DNA of 64,000 nucleotides from Sporopachydermia quercuum. Taxonomy: Eukaryota. The stretch spans positions 190,138-254,137 of the forward strand of contig BCGN01000004.1 of NCBI GenBank assembly GCA_001599295.1, written 5' to 3'. A program made the position numbers and the translations under genes. A model generated the notes under the pieces. That model was given only the letters and a program-made list of their open reading frames with translations. It had not been told where the DNA came from and did no database searches. Positions 1-13,667 of this stretch are shown piece by piece (within the stretch, counting starts at the first letter, position 1; each line of letters starts with the position of its first letter).

Positions 1-218
1 GCATAGTGAGCTATTTTCTCTTGCAGACTTTTGTTCTTGAGATCAAATGGACTGGAGGATATAGTGTGCTGCGAGAAGGGTCTGGTTGATAGAATGATAG
101 GAGTATATAATGAAGAATGCTGAGCATATTTTGAAGAATTAAGAAGATTATTTGGTCTTTTCAGCTGCTTTGTGATTGTAGTGATGCCTTTGGATACTCG
201 AGGAAGTTTTGGTAACAT
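1..218 (-). CDS. 5' end of a probable mitochondrial pyruvate dehydrogenase kinase / BCKD-kinase family gene (runs off the left edge)
   Basis: Not in the ORF track. ATG at 218 opens a frame that stays open to the edge: MLPKLPRVSKGITTITKQLKRPNN...RPFSQH...KSLQEKIAHYA. The N-terminus is basic and presequence-like, and KIAHYA resembles the 'I.HYA.FP' start of fungal PDKs. Confidence 0.5.
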   Translation of the reverse strand, partial: MLPKLPRVSKGITTITKQLKRPNNLLNSSKYAQHSSLYTPIILSTRPFSQHTISSSPFDLKNKSLQEKIAHY

Positions 219-1987
219 TTTGGAGAGCTTTAGATTTGCTTTTATGTGATGCGTTGTGTGTATAAGTATCGCATCAATGTTACTGCAATGATGCTGAGAG
301 TTGAATGTTGAATAATACATGCAAAGGTGTCGTTTGAATGCAATTAGGTACGTGAATAACAAACAAGATGCTGTACTGGAATTAATTATAAGTCTTTGGA
401 AGCGCCAGCTTATGCTGTGGTGTATCCGTCAGAGTTCCAAGCGAATCACTCGTTAATAGACTGTTGCAAATTTTTTCGTTCTAATAGCTAAACTGAGTCA
501 ATCAAAGTGATCTGCTGGAGCAATAATTGCTTTTAATTTGAGTTTGTTCACCGAAGCTAGTTCTTATTCTTAGCTGTTACTGATTTTCTGGTACTCAACA
601 ATCAATGCCGCAATGAGGTAGCTTGCCTCAATTGTTGTTAGCGAACCAGGAGGAAAGACAGCCGACAAGATANTTCTCAAAAGAGTTACCAAGAGAATAT
701 TCTCCCAAAATACAATAANTACTACTAATCAGTTGCTCATGCGGTTCGTTTTTAAGCCTACTGCAAATATCTCTTCTGGCAATGTTCTTTCTTGNTGTGC
801 CTGTGACTACTCAACTTCAGTTCATCACAGCTACCACGCTGAATGCTCTCTGCCAGAAAGGAAGTTCCAATGAGCTCAAAATAACGTATTCAGATTCCCA
901 CAATAAACAAATGCAATACTATAACGCTTTATTATTAACTTAAGGTAATACTATTAACAGTCATTTATTCTTCATAGTAAACTTGTGATTCAGCCAATGA
1001 TGAAAATGATGAAATAATGTCCAAGAAAATAAATGGGTATAAAGGGTCTATTAAGGTCGGGGTAAAAGATAGACAGAAANAGGGTCTGGATTTGAAGATG
1101 TGTGAGAAACGAATAAGCGCAGGGGGAAGCGTAGAGATAATTAGGGGCTTGTGGATGTGGGTCGGGTGAGCTCCATAGGATCTGAAGAGTGATGATGTGA
1201 GGAGAAAGAGAATAGATGATTATGTAATATGAAACCGGATAGATGGAGAGAGCAAAATCAGGGGCGGGTCTGGAGATAAGAAATGGGTTAATGTGGGTAA
1301 AAGAAGAGAAATACGTAGGAAAAAAATAGCTAAAAGCACCAAATTATTCTGATTTAAATGAAAAATAAATCCCTAATTCATTATTGTTGAACATAATAAA
1401 CTATAATATTCAATCACATTGACCTCTCTCTCATTCTGTTTTATACTCCCTGTTCACCTCTTCAATCCTCTCTCTGAGTCTCCAGTCCTTTCCCTTTTTC
1501 AAGATCACGTAATCTAATGGAGTTACCCGTCGCTCACATCTAGGTAAACCAATCAAATTGTCATAATAAGCAATGAATAAACCTTTCCAACTGATCTTAA
1601 GGCACTATCACCAAACATTATCACAACAGTACAGTAGTACAATGGTGTATATACACTATCTACTACTACCGACGTATCTAGCGACTGTCAGTAAAGGATA
1701 TAATTGAAGACGACACACTATCTTCATCCAGAAAAGTGTTAATTATAGATAATCATAGAGCTTCCTGAGGTAGTTTTGTTTTATGAATTATACACGGACA
1801 TACTATACATACATATTTAATGCTAGACAGGATAAGAGAAGGTAGAATAAAGGAAGAGCTATCAAACAGCATCACCATTCTGTATAATACGCATTTACAT
1901 CGAACGATTGAATATCCAGGTACTTAAACCAGTCAAATCAGTCCAAACAACCCAATTATCATTACTTACGACTACANATCATATACA

Positions 1988-2927
1988 ATGTCATTTATTA
2001 CTAAAGCTCTAAGAACTTACAGACAGCTACCTAAACGACAGGTCGCCAGTTGCATTCGTTATGAATCAAACGTTGCTACGAAACCTGCCAGCGAAAGTTC
2101 AGCAGTTGAAGAAAAAGTGTTGAACCAGGCCCCTAACAGAGTTGAGACATGGGCTCGCAGTCAACAACCAAGATCAGTTGCAATGTCTGGTCCAAGATTT
2201 GAGCAGACTGATTTTAATAAGCAAGTAAGTAAACTATAAGGAGTTTAGGTGATCATGAACAGGAAATTGTGAATAGGGAACAGGTAATGTGGAGAATCTT
2301 CTGAGAATAAGCTTATTTCACCAGTCACGTAGCAAATCGTCAGATCAGCACAATTGGCACGATTAGCAAATCAAACAAACAGCTATTTCTTCTGATTTAT
2401 TTCATAATAAGTGTATCGCACTATGAGTTACATGTCACTAGCCTTGTGTGTGTTTTTCTACACGATTTACATCATTTACACGGGTGTACATCATCAACCT
2501 TTGTCTCGTATTTAGCTGAAGATGCTACAATTCATAGTTCTTCACGGATACCAAATTAACAACGTATTTACCATACATGTTAATTACCGGCTTGCTACTT
2601 CTCTATTTTATTTTCTGCTACTTTTCCATTTCCTGCTCTCTTAATACCTATTGTATATTGCTCACTTCTCTCAACTCATACTAACTTCTCCTCTAGCCTC
2701 AACCATATGCTGCAATAGAACTCATAGCTAAAGAACCTATCAGATACATCCATGGCGATGTTGCAGTCTGTCAAGGAGAAAAAGGTACACAACAAGGACA
2801 TCCCAAAATTTTCATCAATGTTGAAAAGCCAGGTGCCCATGGCTGTCAGTACTGCGGATTGAGATTTGCTAAGGAAGAATTCAAAGCTGACATCGAAACA
2901 GGAAAGCTTCCCCACAATTGTCTTTGA
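1988..2927 (+). CDS. Complex I accessory subunit NDUFS6/NUMM (zf-CHCC), 2 exons
   Basis: Exon 1 is 1988-2224. Intron 2225-2696 (GTAAGT...TACTAAC 2679-2685...TAG). Exon 2, 2697-2927, reads PQPYAAIELIAKEP...VCQGEKGTQQGHPKIFINVEKPGAHGCQYCGLRF...; QAPNR..TW..SQQPR..AM.GPRFEQTD in exon 1 is typical of the family. Confidence 0.92.
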
Positions 2928-4329
2928 TTTAACTTATAGATTATACGTGTGAGATTATTTGGTGTTTACTTTTATTGCATTTTTCTTTGTTCAAAGGATT
3001 TTTCGTTTATATTACAGCAGCTGAGATTAGAATGTACAGTTAGAGTAGGAGGAGAATACAGCTTGGAGTAGAAGTTGAAGTAGAAGCAGAGTAGATCGGA
3101 GAGCATACAGTGGAATGCAGGAAGTTATTTGTTAATAAACTAAGAGCGCATATGTAAAGGATGCTGATTGAGTTGGTAATGACTTGAAACTGAGAGCACT
3201 TGAAGTGCAATGCGCTCTTGAGGTGTCTCTATGGTTGCTGTTCCGCTGACCATTGTTCTACGTTCAATGTGCACTACGATTTCAAATCCTATATAACGCT
3301 CGTGTTTTCTGGAACCATGAATGACTCGGAAGGCTATTTTCAACTCATTCCGAGTGTAGAACATAAGAAATCCTCTCGAGCTCTGCTGTTTTCCCGGTTC
3401 TCACTTTATTGTTTATCACGTAATCAGTAATATAAGAAGTTTTGTAAAGTTGCCCTCCAACATCTGGTAGAAGTTAATAAATATTGGAATTATGTGATCA
3501 AAATGTGTTTATTTAGGCTTCTAGAATTAATAAAAACAGAAAAAATCCGGTACTGATATCAAAAACATGCACTTTCTTCCACTGGTACTGACCACTTCTA
3601 TTTATGTTCACGTAATCTAAAACATTCTCTTTCTTTATCAGCAAATCTCTTCTTTCCCACAAAAAACTATGTTCATCTCTAATTTAACCAAGTATTTGTT
3701 TGAACACACATTATTCCCTCTTTTTCATTCATCTCCCAATTACTTACCAAGTTTATTTGATTTCCTCTTCATTGTGTCTCAAACATTCAATCAATCATTC
3801 GCTCATTCACCAATTCACTCAATTTCTCCAAATATCTCCTGGAACACCCTCCCCGTATTTATTCCGGGTAACCTTTTCCTCTGCCACAAACCGCCAATTC
3901 CTTTCTCACCATTTTTGTTCTCAATCAAATGCCATACATTTTATTCCCTTAGCTAAAAGAAATTAAAGGTAAAAAAGCACCATTTGGCCGTTATAAAGGA
4001 TAGAAAACGTGTTCACAACTTCAAGCAGCTAAAAGGCGTTTTACTTGCTTTTTACGCAGCTGTATTTGTTGATTGAGGTTATAAAACGGCCATAGCATAC
4101 GGTCCTTACTTTGGGTGAAGAGTGTATCAACTAGAGGTTATCCACCTTCGGAGAAAAAGTTCGAAAGCAAGTTTCGGAAGAAATCTTTGNGTGAATTGAA
4201 GCTCGGCTCGGATAGTTTATATCGAATTGGGAAATACCCCGTCCAATCTTTGCAAGCTCGTTCGTTCATAATCTAGTTCATAATCCAACCCTCCATCCCT
4301 CACTTTACAAGTCATCAGAAGATACACCC

Positions 4330-5172
4330 ATGTTCAGAACTCTCTTGAGACCCCTTGTGCCTAGCACCGGTACTGTTGTTCCGTTAGCTTCCGTGTCCCA
4401 GTCTTTCATCCGAACTGGCGCAAGCTTAACTTCAGTGCATGTCGTTCCCTATTTGGAAACAGAATCTAAAACTCTTATTCACTCTCCCGAGCATTCCCAT
4501 GCACGAAGACAGCTTCAAAACCGACCGGGACTTATCGCTAAGAAAAGAGGAATGATGCCTTTTTACGATAAAGAAACTGGAGAAAGAGTAGCCTGCACAG
4601 TACTGGAAATCGACAGAAATGAAGTCACATACGTTAAAACCAAAGCTCAGGACGGATACACCGCAGTGCAAATCGGCTGTGGGTTTAGACATCCCGAGAA
4701 GCTGTCTAAGGCTCTTTTAGGACACTATGCCTCGCATCAGGTTTCTCCAAAGGAACACTTAACCGAGTTCCATCTGAAAACGGAAGATAACCTTCCCGAA
4801 GTAGGAACGGAGCTAAAAGCCGATCATTTCAAAATTGGCCAATATGTAGATCTGTCCGCTGTTTCCAGAGGTAAAGGTTTCCAGGGTGTAATGAAACGTC
4901 ATGGCTTTAAAGGTCTGAGAGCTTCCCACGGTACTTCTTTAACGCATAGATCTGGTGGTTCCTATGGTATGAATCAAACCCCTGGTAGAGTTCTACCTGG
5001 TAAGAAGATGCCTGGTCATATGGGAGCCCGTAATGTCACTGTGCAAATGTGTACTGTGTTAGATTACGATGTTGAGAAAGGTTTGATACTGATTCGGGGA
5101 CCTGTTCCTGGGGCTAAAGGATGTTATGTAAGGATGAGAGATGCTGTGAGGAAGTACTGTAAGTCTTTCTAG
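4330..5172 (+). CDS. MRPL9: Mitochondrial ribosomal protein uL3m
   Basis: L3 motifs GKGFQGVMKRHGF, ASHGTS, GRVLPGKKMPGHMG. Presequence-like N-terminus. Convergent with CRM1 as in S. cerevisiae. Confidence 0.95.
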   Translation: MFRTLLRPLVPSTGTVVPLASVSQSFIRTGASLTSVHVVPYLETESKTLIHSPEHSHARRQLQNRPGLIAKKRGMMPFYDKETGERVACTVLEIDRNEVTYVKTKAQDGYTAVQIGCGFRHPEKLSKALLGHYASHQVSPKEHLTEFHLKTEDNLPEVGTELKADHFKIGQYVDLSAVSRGKGFQGVMKRHGFKGLRASHGTSLTHRSGGSYGMNQTPGRVLPGKKMPGHMGARNVTVQMCTVLDYDVEKGLILIRGPVPGAKGCYVRMRDAVRKYCKSF

Positions 5173-7187
5173 ATTGGTAGTGGTAAATATCTTGAGGCTT
5201 TGATTGAGTAGAAGATGAAAATGAGAAAGCGAAAATGAAGTGGATATGGATATCATTTGTATTAGGATGTAAGATCTCCCGATTGAGATGCTGTATATCC
5301 CATTTGGGCTGGAACGGTTACTATTTAAAGTAGCGATATGGTCAATTAGGGAATTCGGTTGAAGAAAAGGTAGATTTCTGTGAGTAGTGCTAAAAATAGT
5401 GGAAAGTCAACTGGAGTAGGACTATAGAATGGATTATGGGGTAGGATTATCTCCAAGATAATTTCGGAATCGATGTCGGAATAATAGTTGGTGCAATTCT
5501 GTAATTCCTGTTCGGTCTTCATCATTGTCGTCCTCTTTGATTCCATCTTTTCCGTTTCCTGTTTCCTCTTCTCTGTGTTTTCATTATTTCTTTGTATATA
5601 ATTATTAAACTATTAACTATTCAGAATGGCATTAATGAATTACATAGCTGTAAGAAGTATAAGATCTTGCAAAATATGAGAAATGTATACAATTACACAC
5701 AACATATATTTATATATTTCCCGCTAGTAATTATACAAAGAAACGGGTTTTTATGAAAGTATCCAATCCTCAAAAGTGCAATTTCGTAAAGTTGGTTAGT
5801 TAATATAGAAAATTCTATTAATTGGTTGATAATCAATGATAGCTAACATAGTTACTCACAGGAACTAATTGAATATTATTTGCTCCTATTTTTTTATTTT
5901 TCTTTTCTCATAGTAGTGATGTGATGATTAGTAGCTCCAATGCTTTCAATACCTAATGGGCATTGAGCTCTCATTTCGATTAGCTGAATGAAAATTAGCT
6001 ATGTCAAAATATACCTGGAAACGCTAGTATTTCGGATCTTATACACGATGTAAATCATAATAGCGATAATCCTATATGAGTCCTTTTCTATTAATANGTA
6101 TAGGTTTTATGAGGTAGGTAGTATTAACACAAATAATAATGATAATAACACTTGAAAGTCAAACTTATTCCAGTATTAGCAGCTGACTTGGGTTCGAAGT
6201 TATAATTCAACAATCAGCAAGTGATTAGAATGAAGATAGGGATCATTTCTCTCGGCAATTGGAAATTGAGAGATTCTAAATAACAGAGAATTAGCGTCAA
6301 TCAATGAAAAATATCCATTGAGCACTGTGTTGATAATCCTTTACAATTAAAAATAAAAATAAAAATAAAAAAAATTAAGAGGAATAGATATTCCTGTTTT
6401 GTTCAAGAAGTAGCAAGATATCGAACAATAAACTTCTTCTACAAATCTACTTTACTTGGAATTACATTGCTGGAACTCAATTCAGGTCCCTAATGTAAAG
6501 TCTTGTAATTTAATGTAATTAGATGTAATTTAGTAGATTTAATGTATTGCATGTAATTTAATGTCGCCTGTCACTGATATTGAATCTATTAATACTTCTC
6601 ATGTTGATTTGACATCGGAATACATCAAATGAATGAAACAATTGTTGAGCTTCTGAATGAGTGAACAAACGAACAAGATGAACGGGATAATATTATGTCA
6701 GCTATTTTGGATGGATTGAAACCAACTTGCGAAGATAATCATTCATTATAGTTTGACGTGTCAATTTCTGTTTATTTCCCGTTGTTTTTCAGATGTGTAT
6801 CAACCAATCCGACACACGGTACCATTGTTGGGACCTTTGGTTTGGATTCAATAAGTATATACTTTTCTATTATATTTATCATCAACAGGANCAATTCACA
6901 AAATATTTAACTGGCTTTCTACTCTGTGCTCTCCTTGGTTACCCTCCTTGTTAACGTATTCATCTATTCATCTATTCCACCGCCCAGCTTGAAACGTCCA
7001 CTTTATTCATCAATTCACCGGATTCACCTTATCTCACATCCATGCTTGTTCCTCTATAATCAAGATTAATTCTTTCACTTTTCTACCTCTCTCGCTTTCT
7101 TTTTTAGTCTCTCCGCCTTCTGCCATCTGCCTTCAGTTTCATCTTCTATTAATTACAGTTGGTTCTCATTTCTACAGACAGGCATGC

Positions 7188-10100
7188 TCATTCTTCGTCT
7201 TCCATCTCCGAAGGTTTCAACAAACCACCAACTCTCATTGCTTTCTCTCTTTCAACTCGTAGATTCTCCTTTCTTTCATGCTCCTTATCATCTTGGAATA
7301 AATAGTCAGTAGGATCACCACCATGCTGTTTGATTTGTACCAAGAAGTCTCTTAATGTACCTCTGAATCTAGGTAGATCCTTATACTGCGATACTAATCC
7401 TTGTACGAAGTTCTCAACCTGAGCTTTCTCNAAATTAGGGAATGCATTGAGTAACATCATACCCAAATACACCTTTAGATATTCAGAGTTGGAAGTACCG
7501 CTTGGAGCTTCATCAGGTTGATATAAAGGAACCTTTATGTAGTTGTTTTCCACTAGATCAATAAGCTTTGATAGTAGTTGAGACTGTAATTTGAATCCCG
7601 CTTTATGGTCAGGATCAGTTATAACGTAGAAAGTGTCGGAGATAATAGGGAAGAAGAATGTTTGGTAGAAAGCGTTAGTGAAATCGTTTGCTGGTAGTTT
7701 AGAAACATTTTCCAAGAGTTCAATAGCGAAATTCAAACCTGAAGATTCAACGTCAAAGTTGTTATGTTTAAATGACCATAGAACAGCATTGATCAGCGAT
7801 TGGAATCCAGCCCCAGGCAATTGGATTAAAGCCTGGAAACATTTCACGTTGATTTCTCTTAATAGCTTGTAGAACTCAATTCTATGCTCTGGATACTCTG
7901 TGAAGTCCTTGTTGATCATTTCCAACGTTGGTTCGAATACATTTGAAAGAATAATGGAAATAGCTTCTGAGATGGAGCTCCCGACTCTAGATATCAAAGT
8001 TGTCATACAATTTAGTACTTCTGCATCACGAGCATCCGGAACATTTGTTTTATAATCTTCAAGCACAGCTTTCAATAAAGGAGGAGTAAGATTTGACACC
8101 ACATCGTCAAGATTGTTTGCTTTACTGATGTACGTTTCAACTAGTTTTAACACTTCCTTCTTAATAGTTCTCAACCCACGAACTCTTGGAGTCTTAGTAG
8201 CAATTATACCATCATTACTAACAAAGTTAGAAACCAACTGTGATACAATTCTGTACAAAGAAAGCATATCCATATAAATGATTTGTAGTTGAGGGTAGAA
8301 ATAGCTTCCCATTGAACTGCAAACAGCAACATTTGTTTTCATAACGTTTGATATGATTTTAATAGTATCAGGAACAGTCAGTAGTTCTGTATTGTTAGAG
8401 ACTTGTTGAATTAAAGCTTTCCAAGCCAAATTAGGGGACTTCATTAATTGGTCTAATAACTCATTACGTATAGTTGCATTGACTTGGCTAGCCACGATTA
8501 ATCCACAAGCTTCAAAAAACACATGAATTTGCAATGGTTGTAAATCAGCTGTTATAGAATCTAAATTGGTAATGATTTCATTGATGAAAGGCTCGTGCTC
8601 ACCTTCTTGTAAAACAACGAAATGTTTTCTACACTTCAGAGTAATTTTCATAAATGTATCACAAGCCATATCTTGAACACCTTCATGGGTTTCATGCATA
8701 AATTCAAACAATTTATTAACAACTGTTTTCAAAAACTTCCAATGGGCTTTTAGGAATCTTGGATATTGACCAACAATGTACATGATGTTTGAAGCCACAA
8801 CAGCTTTATTACTTTTACCTTTCTTCATTTCCGTTAATGCTAAAAGATCCTTAATCACAGTGACCAAAAACCGTTTTTCCATCTCTTCATTCATAGCACC
8901 AGAAATTGAACCAATAGCCCAACAAAGAGTGTTGATATTATGCCAACTCCATTCAGATTCGTCTAATTGTTTGGACAATTTCTCTGTCATAATAGCCTTA
9001 GTGTCCATTACGTCTAAATGAGTTAGATAGACTAAGACTTCTCTCATGTTCTTATATAGAACAATAGTATCACTTTCTTTGACGAACTCTCTGACAATTT
9101 CTCCCTCATCGTTTTCAACGACAAGAACTTCTTCTGGTTTTGCCATGTTTTCAATGATAACTAATCGTAATTCGCTTAATATCTTTTCATATCGGTGCTT
9201 TCTCAATGGGAACTCCTTTAGAATATCAGGATCAACTGCGCCAGCCCCAGAATGAAATCTTGACATTAAATCCAACTGGCTGATAGGATTGAGATTTTGA
9301 GATTTGGGGATTTTGATAACTTCATCATAAAGGTCACTCACTAACTTAAACCAATAGTCTAAACACACCTTGAAGATTTCTCTCTCGTCGATTTTAGAAA
9401 TGTTAATGAGGTAACTATGAACGTTCATATTTAAGTCATTTAGCTCATCGGTTTCAACAATGTTCAAATGATTAGTTAGAAACGTGGTTAAGAATATAGA
9501 GAGATCTTGAATGAATTCTTGATTGGTAGAATTACTGGACTCATAGTTTTTTCTTAAATCAGTGTCCACGGGAATCAATTGGTTGATATTGTTGACAGCG
9601 TTAATGAACATTGCTTGGAACATGGTGTCATAATTTGAATCAACCAAAGTTGAGATTTCAATCAAACACTTTAACGCAATGTTTCTTGATTCTGGTAAAG
9701 GTAAAAACCTTGTAGAAATCATTTCTAAAATAGATGTTTCAAAAATATACCCAAGAGGAATCCAATGAATGTATCTTAAAATCGATTCGAGAGTAGCAAC
9801 AATAAGAGAAGCCTTTGGTGATTTCTCTAACACTTCACAGCAAAGGCGGAAGATATCGCTGAATTCTTCTCCCATGTTTTTCTTTAAATTCTGTGCTTTA
9901 GCTTGAGTGATTTGTTCAGCAGAAAAATCAAAAATCTCTTCAGATAATAGTTTGAATACGACCATATTGTTTTCACACACGTTCATAGATGAATGAGAAG
10001 ATGCAATGATATCTTTAATGCAGGTGGGCCAATCTTGAGGCCAATCCTGTTTGATGATCTGAACTAAAGCCAGGTTGGACTTGTTGATCAAAGACCGTTG

Positions 10101-10430
10101 GTTTTGAAACGTCTCTTCATCATTACACATGCCAAAGATCATATTTACTAAGAAATTACGTATAGCTAGACGTTCATCAACTGGTAGAGCCTTCCATTTT
10201 GATTTAATCAGCTTATCAAGAATCGACAGAGCAATAAACTTAGTTCTTGCATCGGTTGAAAATTGAAGAATTTGATCAACTTTCAACCAAGNGTCAGGGT
10301 TTTCCTGAAATTGAGCCAGCACTCGTTGAGCTGTTTGCTGTTCGTTGCCTCTACCGCTGTACATTGTATCAACAACTTTGTCTAGGAGCTCAACGTTGAG
10401 CTCCTGGGAGAAGTCTAAAATTGATTCCAT
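7188..10430 (-). CDS. CRM1: Exportin-1
   Basis: 1080 aa with [62 protein letters not shown] and C-terminal GLLKPSEM. Confidence 0.98.
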   Translation of the reverse strand: MESILDFSQELNVELLDKVVDTMYSGRGNEQQTAQRVLAQFQENPDXWLKVDQILQFSTDARTKFIALSILDKLIKSKWKALPVDERLAIRNFLVNMIFGMCNDEETFQNQRSLINKSNLALVQIIKQDWPQDWPTCIKDIIASSHSSMNVCENNMVVFKLLSEEIFDFSAEQITQAKAQNLKKNMGEEFSDIFRLCCEVLEKSPKASLIVATLESILRYIHWIPLGYIFETSILEMISTRFLPLPESRNIALKCLIEISTLVDSNYDTMFQAMFINAVNNINQLIPVDTDLRKNYESSNSTNQEFIQDLSIFLTTFLTNHLNIVETDELNDLNMNVHSYLINISKIDEREIFKVCLDYWFKLVSDLYDEVIKIPKSQNLNPISQLDLMSRFHSGAGAVDPDILKEFPLRKHRYEKILSELRLVIIENMAKPEEVLVVENDEGEIVREFVKESDTIVLYKNMREVLVYLTHLDVMDTKAIMTEKLSKQLDESEWSWHNINTLCWAIGSISGAMNEEMEKRFLVTVIKDLLALTEMKKGKSNKAVVASNIMYIVGQYPRFLKAHWKFLKTVVNKLFEFMHETHEGVQDMACDTFMKITLKCRKHFVVLQEGEHEPFINEIITNLDSITADLQPLQIHVFFEACGLIVASQVNATIRNELLDQLMKSPNLAWKALIQQVSNNTELLTVPDTIKIISNVMKTNVAVCSSMGSYFYPQLQIIYMDMLSLYRIVSQLVSNFVSNDGIIATKTPRVRGLRTIKKEVLKLVETYISKANNLDDVVSNLTPPLLKAVLEDYKTNVPDARDAEVLNCMTTLISRVGSSISEAISIILSNVFEPTLEMINKDFTEYPEHRIEFYKLLREINVKCFQALIQLPGAGFQSLINAVLWSFKHNNFDVESSGLNFAIELLENVSKLPANDFTNAFYQTFFFPIISDTFYVITDPDHKAGFKLQSQLLSKLIDLVENNYIKVPLYQPDEAPSGTSNSEYLKVYLGMMLLNAFPNXEKAQVENFVQGLVSQYKDLPRFRGTLRDFLVQIKQHGGDPTDYLFQDDKEHERKENLRVEREKAMRVGGLLKPSEMEDEE

Positions 10431-11361
10431 TTCTAGGAGAAATCAATGATCGAGTGGAAAAGGAAGGTGAGGATAAGCAAATGGGATTATTGGTGTAAAC
10501 TTGATAATTTGATAACTGAATGATAGATTATTGATGATGTTGGTACTAGCTATCTCCACTGCAGTTGAGTTAGCTTAATTGATACTTCAATTCTCCTTGG
10601 TTCAATTGACCAGATATTAGCCAGTTTTTCAAAAACTCAACTATTAAATAAATGATTGAATCGTGCTTCAAATATATCAGAGATCTTTATCATAAAGAGC
10701 AACCAATCTATTATAATAAGGGTATAATTACCGATAATCGATGATTGCAAGAGGATTTGATTGTTCTTGTTGTTTTGGTTATTTTGGTCTGTACTTATTT
10801 AATGGTGTTTGCCTTGCCGCTCAAGGTAGAATTTTCATACAAAATAAAATTTGTGATTTGTCCCATCTGGTATCTTACATGTAATTTTAAAGAGAGAAAA
10901 GTTTAGAACTTGGTTTGTGGTTTGAGAGGGGGTTTGTGAAAGATATTTGAGGGTCTACGAATGGTTAATGGGTGTTGAAATGTTATAAATAAGTATTACG
11001 TAATCGTATGGTTGAGGTGTCTGAAAATTTCGGAAATGATATTTATATGAAGAGGAACATCTAATGGCATACGCGAGAGATATACATAAATCTAGCACTG
11101 ATTGTAGATTACTGTAATTAACATAGCCATACTCACAGTTAGACTGTAATTGTAGATTAGATATTGCCTAGCGTGCGGTTCGGCTTTACTATTGAAACTA
11201 CTAATCATCATCGTATATAAAAACTATTGTCAATAAATTATTCATTCCTCATATACACATTCATATTAAATATTAATACGCATTTCTTACGTTGAATCCC
11301 ATTACTTCTCTTTATCACACTCCTTTATATACCATGCAACTCATTTGCTCTATGCCTGTAA

Positions 11362-13104
11362 TCAATGTCCTTTGAATAAATACCCTCCAACAACAACACC
11401 CTTATACAAAAACTGCTTATCCACATTATAATCATCTCCCTGCGCTTTCTTTATGGCTTCTTTAAGGTCATTCAACTCTTCAAACATGGGCTCCTTCAAT
11501 GCAGCAGTTGGCTTGATTCTCAATCTGAAGTCATACCTCAAAAGCTCAGCTGCGACCGTAAGTATTCTATGTATATCATCTATCTCGTCGTTACGAGAAC
11601 TTCGCGTTACGATTTCGGGTAGAGTTTTCTTAAGAGACTCGGAAACAAACAGAACTGGCTCCAAAGATGGCGAAACAGGTGAGATACCCGGTGATGACGG
11701 AGAATTGGTAATACTATCAACAGAAAGAGCGTTCATTTGTTTTTCGAAAGTATGTACAAATTGCTCAACGTGTCGCTTAGTAGGAGAATTACTAGAGAGA
11801 TACAAGTTGCTATCACAATAGTTATAATTGTCCCATTCGCCATTCAATCGTTCTTGCTTCTCTTTACCAGAGCTACTATTACCATTCCCTAAACCTAGAA
11901 AAGTCAAGAAATTCTTTTTATGAGGCACAGCAGCATTCCCACCTTCAATCTCGGCACAAGTTTCTTTGATCCATTGAACAAATAACTTGAAGTCTTTATT
12001 GTCTTTCATTTCACTATTGGGTTTCGATAGGTACAACTCAACAACAGATCGTTCAGGCATACCAATAAACGTACTCATGGTCTCAATCAACGACTTCACA
12101 ACGTTGAATTTATACCCACAGCTGTCGGCATATCCTTCTAAATTGTTATTTAACGCTCCATTNTGGTCTTTCAGCTTCTGTTGCTGATTGCTATTCAGTC
12201 TTTGAAGATTTGGTTCATATCTACTGCTTATAGATGTTCTGGCAAAAAATATTGGACGTTTCAAGAACATGGCTGCTATAATACAACCTGCTGACCATAA
12301 ATCAACCTCAATGCCATAATCATTATAGTTGAACAGTAGCTCAGGTGCTCTATAATGTCTAGAACAAATATAGGTAGTAGTGATACTATTAGTACCTGGA
12401 TTCTTGTTCAGTTTCTTTGCTGAGCCGAAATCACACACTTTGAGTCTCATAGTTCTAGGATCAACAAGGATATTAGGTGGTTTTATGTCACGATGACAAA
12501 TATTGAGTGATTCCAAGTATTCTAAACACTTGAGCAGTTGATAAGTGTAAATTTTGATCTCTATAGCTGATAACCTTTTACCTGAATGTAGAACTTTACT
12601 GAGATTTAACGGCATCAATTCAAGTACCATATTGTAAAACAATTCGCTGCTGAAATCATCAATTGAAAAATCACTCGAAGGATCGTCTTTCCTGTCCGTG
12701 TAGAAATATAGAAGATTGGCAACTGTAGGATGAGAAATTTCTTTCAGTATTTCCAATTCACGGAACTTGTATTTCGAATCCTGTAGTTGAACTTTTATCG
12801 CTACTCGCTTTTTTATAGGTGACATAGCTGTAGTAACTTCAGTATCAGCAGTCGTCGAACCCTCTTTATTGTTAATTGTCGTATGACTATCCAAGCTCTT
12901 GCCATTCTTACACACTTGATATGTCTTATACTCTTGTCGGTAACCCGTCTCTTCAACAGTTACTTCATAGACGCTGCCAAAAGCTCCTTTTCCAAGTAGA
13001 CATTTATCCGAAATCTTCAGTGCCAGTTTCTTCCCATTTCTGTCAAGTACGTTGTGGCAATAGACCTTTTGGTTTACCAACCATTGATTGACTAGTCCAT
13101 CCAT
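11362..13104 (-). CDS. MCK1: GSK-3 family protein kinase (Mck1/Ygk3-like) with large insertions
   Basis: GKGAFG, VAIK, HRDIKPPN, DFGSAK, YICSRHYRAPEL. Divergent from MRPS18 and upstream of RPL25-MDH2, matching the S. cerevisiae MCK1/YGK3 neighbourhoods. Confidence 0.75.
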   Translation of the reverse strand: MDGLVNQWLVNQKVYCHNVLDRNGKKLALKISDKCLLGKGAFGSVYEVTVEETGYRQEYKTYQVCKNGKSLDSHTTINNKEGSTTADTEVTTAMSPIKKRVAIKVQLQDSKYKFRELEILKEISHPTVANLLYFYTDRKDDPSSDFSIDDFSSELFYNMVLELMPLNLSKVLHSGKRLSAIEIKIYTYQLLKCLEYLESLNICHRDIKPPNILVDPRTMRLKVCDFGSAKKLNKNPGTNSITTTYICSRHYRAPELLFNYNDYGIEVDLWSAGCIIAAMFLKRPIFFARTSISSRYEPNLQRLNSNQQQKLKDXNGALNNNLEGYADSCGYKFNVVKSLIETMSTFIGMPERSVVELYLSKPNSEMKDNKDFKLFVQWIKETCAEIEGGNAAVPHKKNFLTFLGLGNGNSSSGKEKQERLNGEWDNYNYCDSNLYLSSNSPTKRHVEQFVHTFEKQMNALSVDSITNSPSSPGISPVSPSLEPVLFVSESLKKTLPEIVTRSSRNDEIDDIHRILTVAAELLRYDFRLRIKPTAALKEPMFEELNDLKEAIKKAQGDDYNVDKQFLYKGVVVGGYLFKGH

Positions 13105-13667
13105 TGTATCAGGTTTTGGTGTATTAACTAGGAAAGCGACTCAAGCATGAATCAATGAATAAATAACAACGCTATCAATAGTATAACACNGAAATACTGC
13201 CAAATACACCACAAATGCACAAATTAATGCTTTCTATAGCTGGAAGCTGATCTCTCTTGCCTCCTCAAACAAACAACCTAACAGCTGAATATCAATTGCT
13301 TGGTCCTCGTATGTTAATCAGTTATCTATCCATCTAGCATACCAATCAATAATGAGAGAATATNCGAATCCTAACAGCAGGAAATCAACGGTATAAATAT
13401 TCTGCAACGAAAGAGTCTTGCGGAATATTTTTTATAAAGCAATAATGATCTAAAGAATAGGAGGAATAGGAAACTGGTCTTCTGAGTCTTTTGTGATGCC
13501 CCTCTTTTGTGCAGGGTGTTTATAATACAAATTAAAGGAGAGAGCAATCCCACTATAGATTTCCCAATTGAGATATAAACAGGTAGCTAGCTAGCTCTAG
13601 CATCACACAACAAGAAAAAAATTAGTTGTATGGAAAACTTTAACCTTAAGTGAAACTGGAATATTCA

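Noticed and set aside
5922..5987. Possible C/D snoRNA (TGATGA...TTCGATTAG-CTGA)
   Set aside because: Only about 9 nt of rRNA complementarity and no convincing terminal stem or C'/D' boxes.
6238..6250. AGGGATCATTTCT resembling U3 box A
   Set aside because: No accompanying U3 boxes B, C or D were found.
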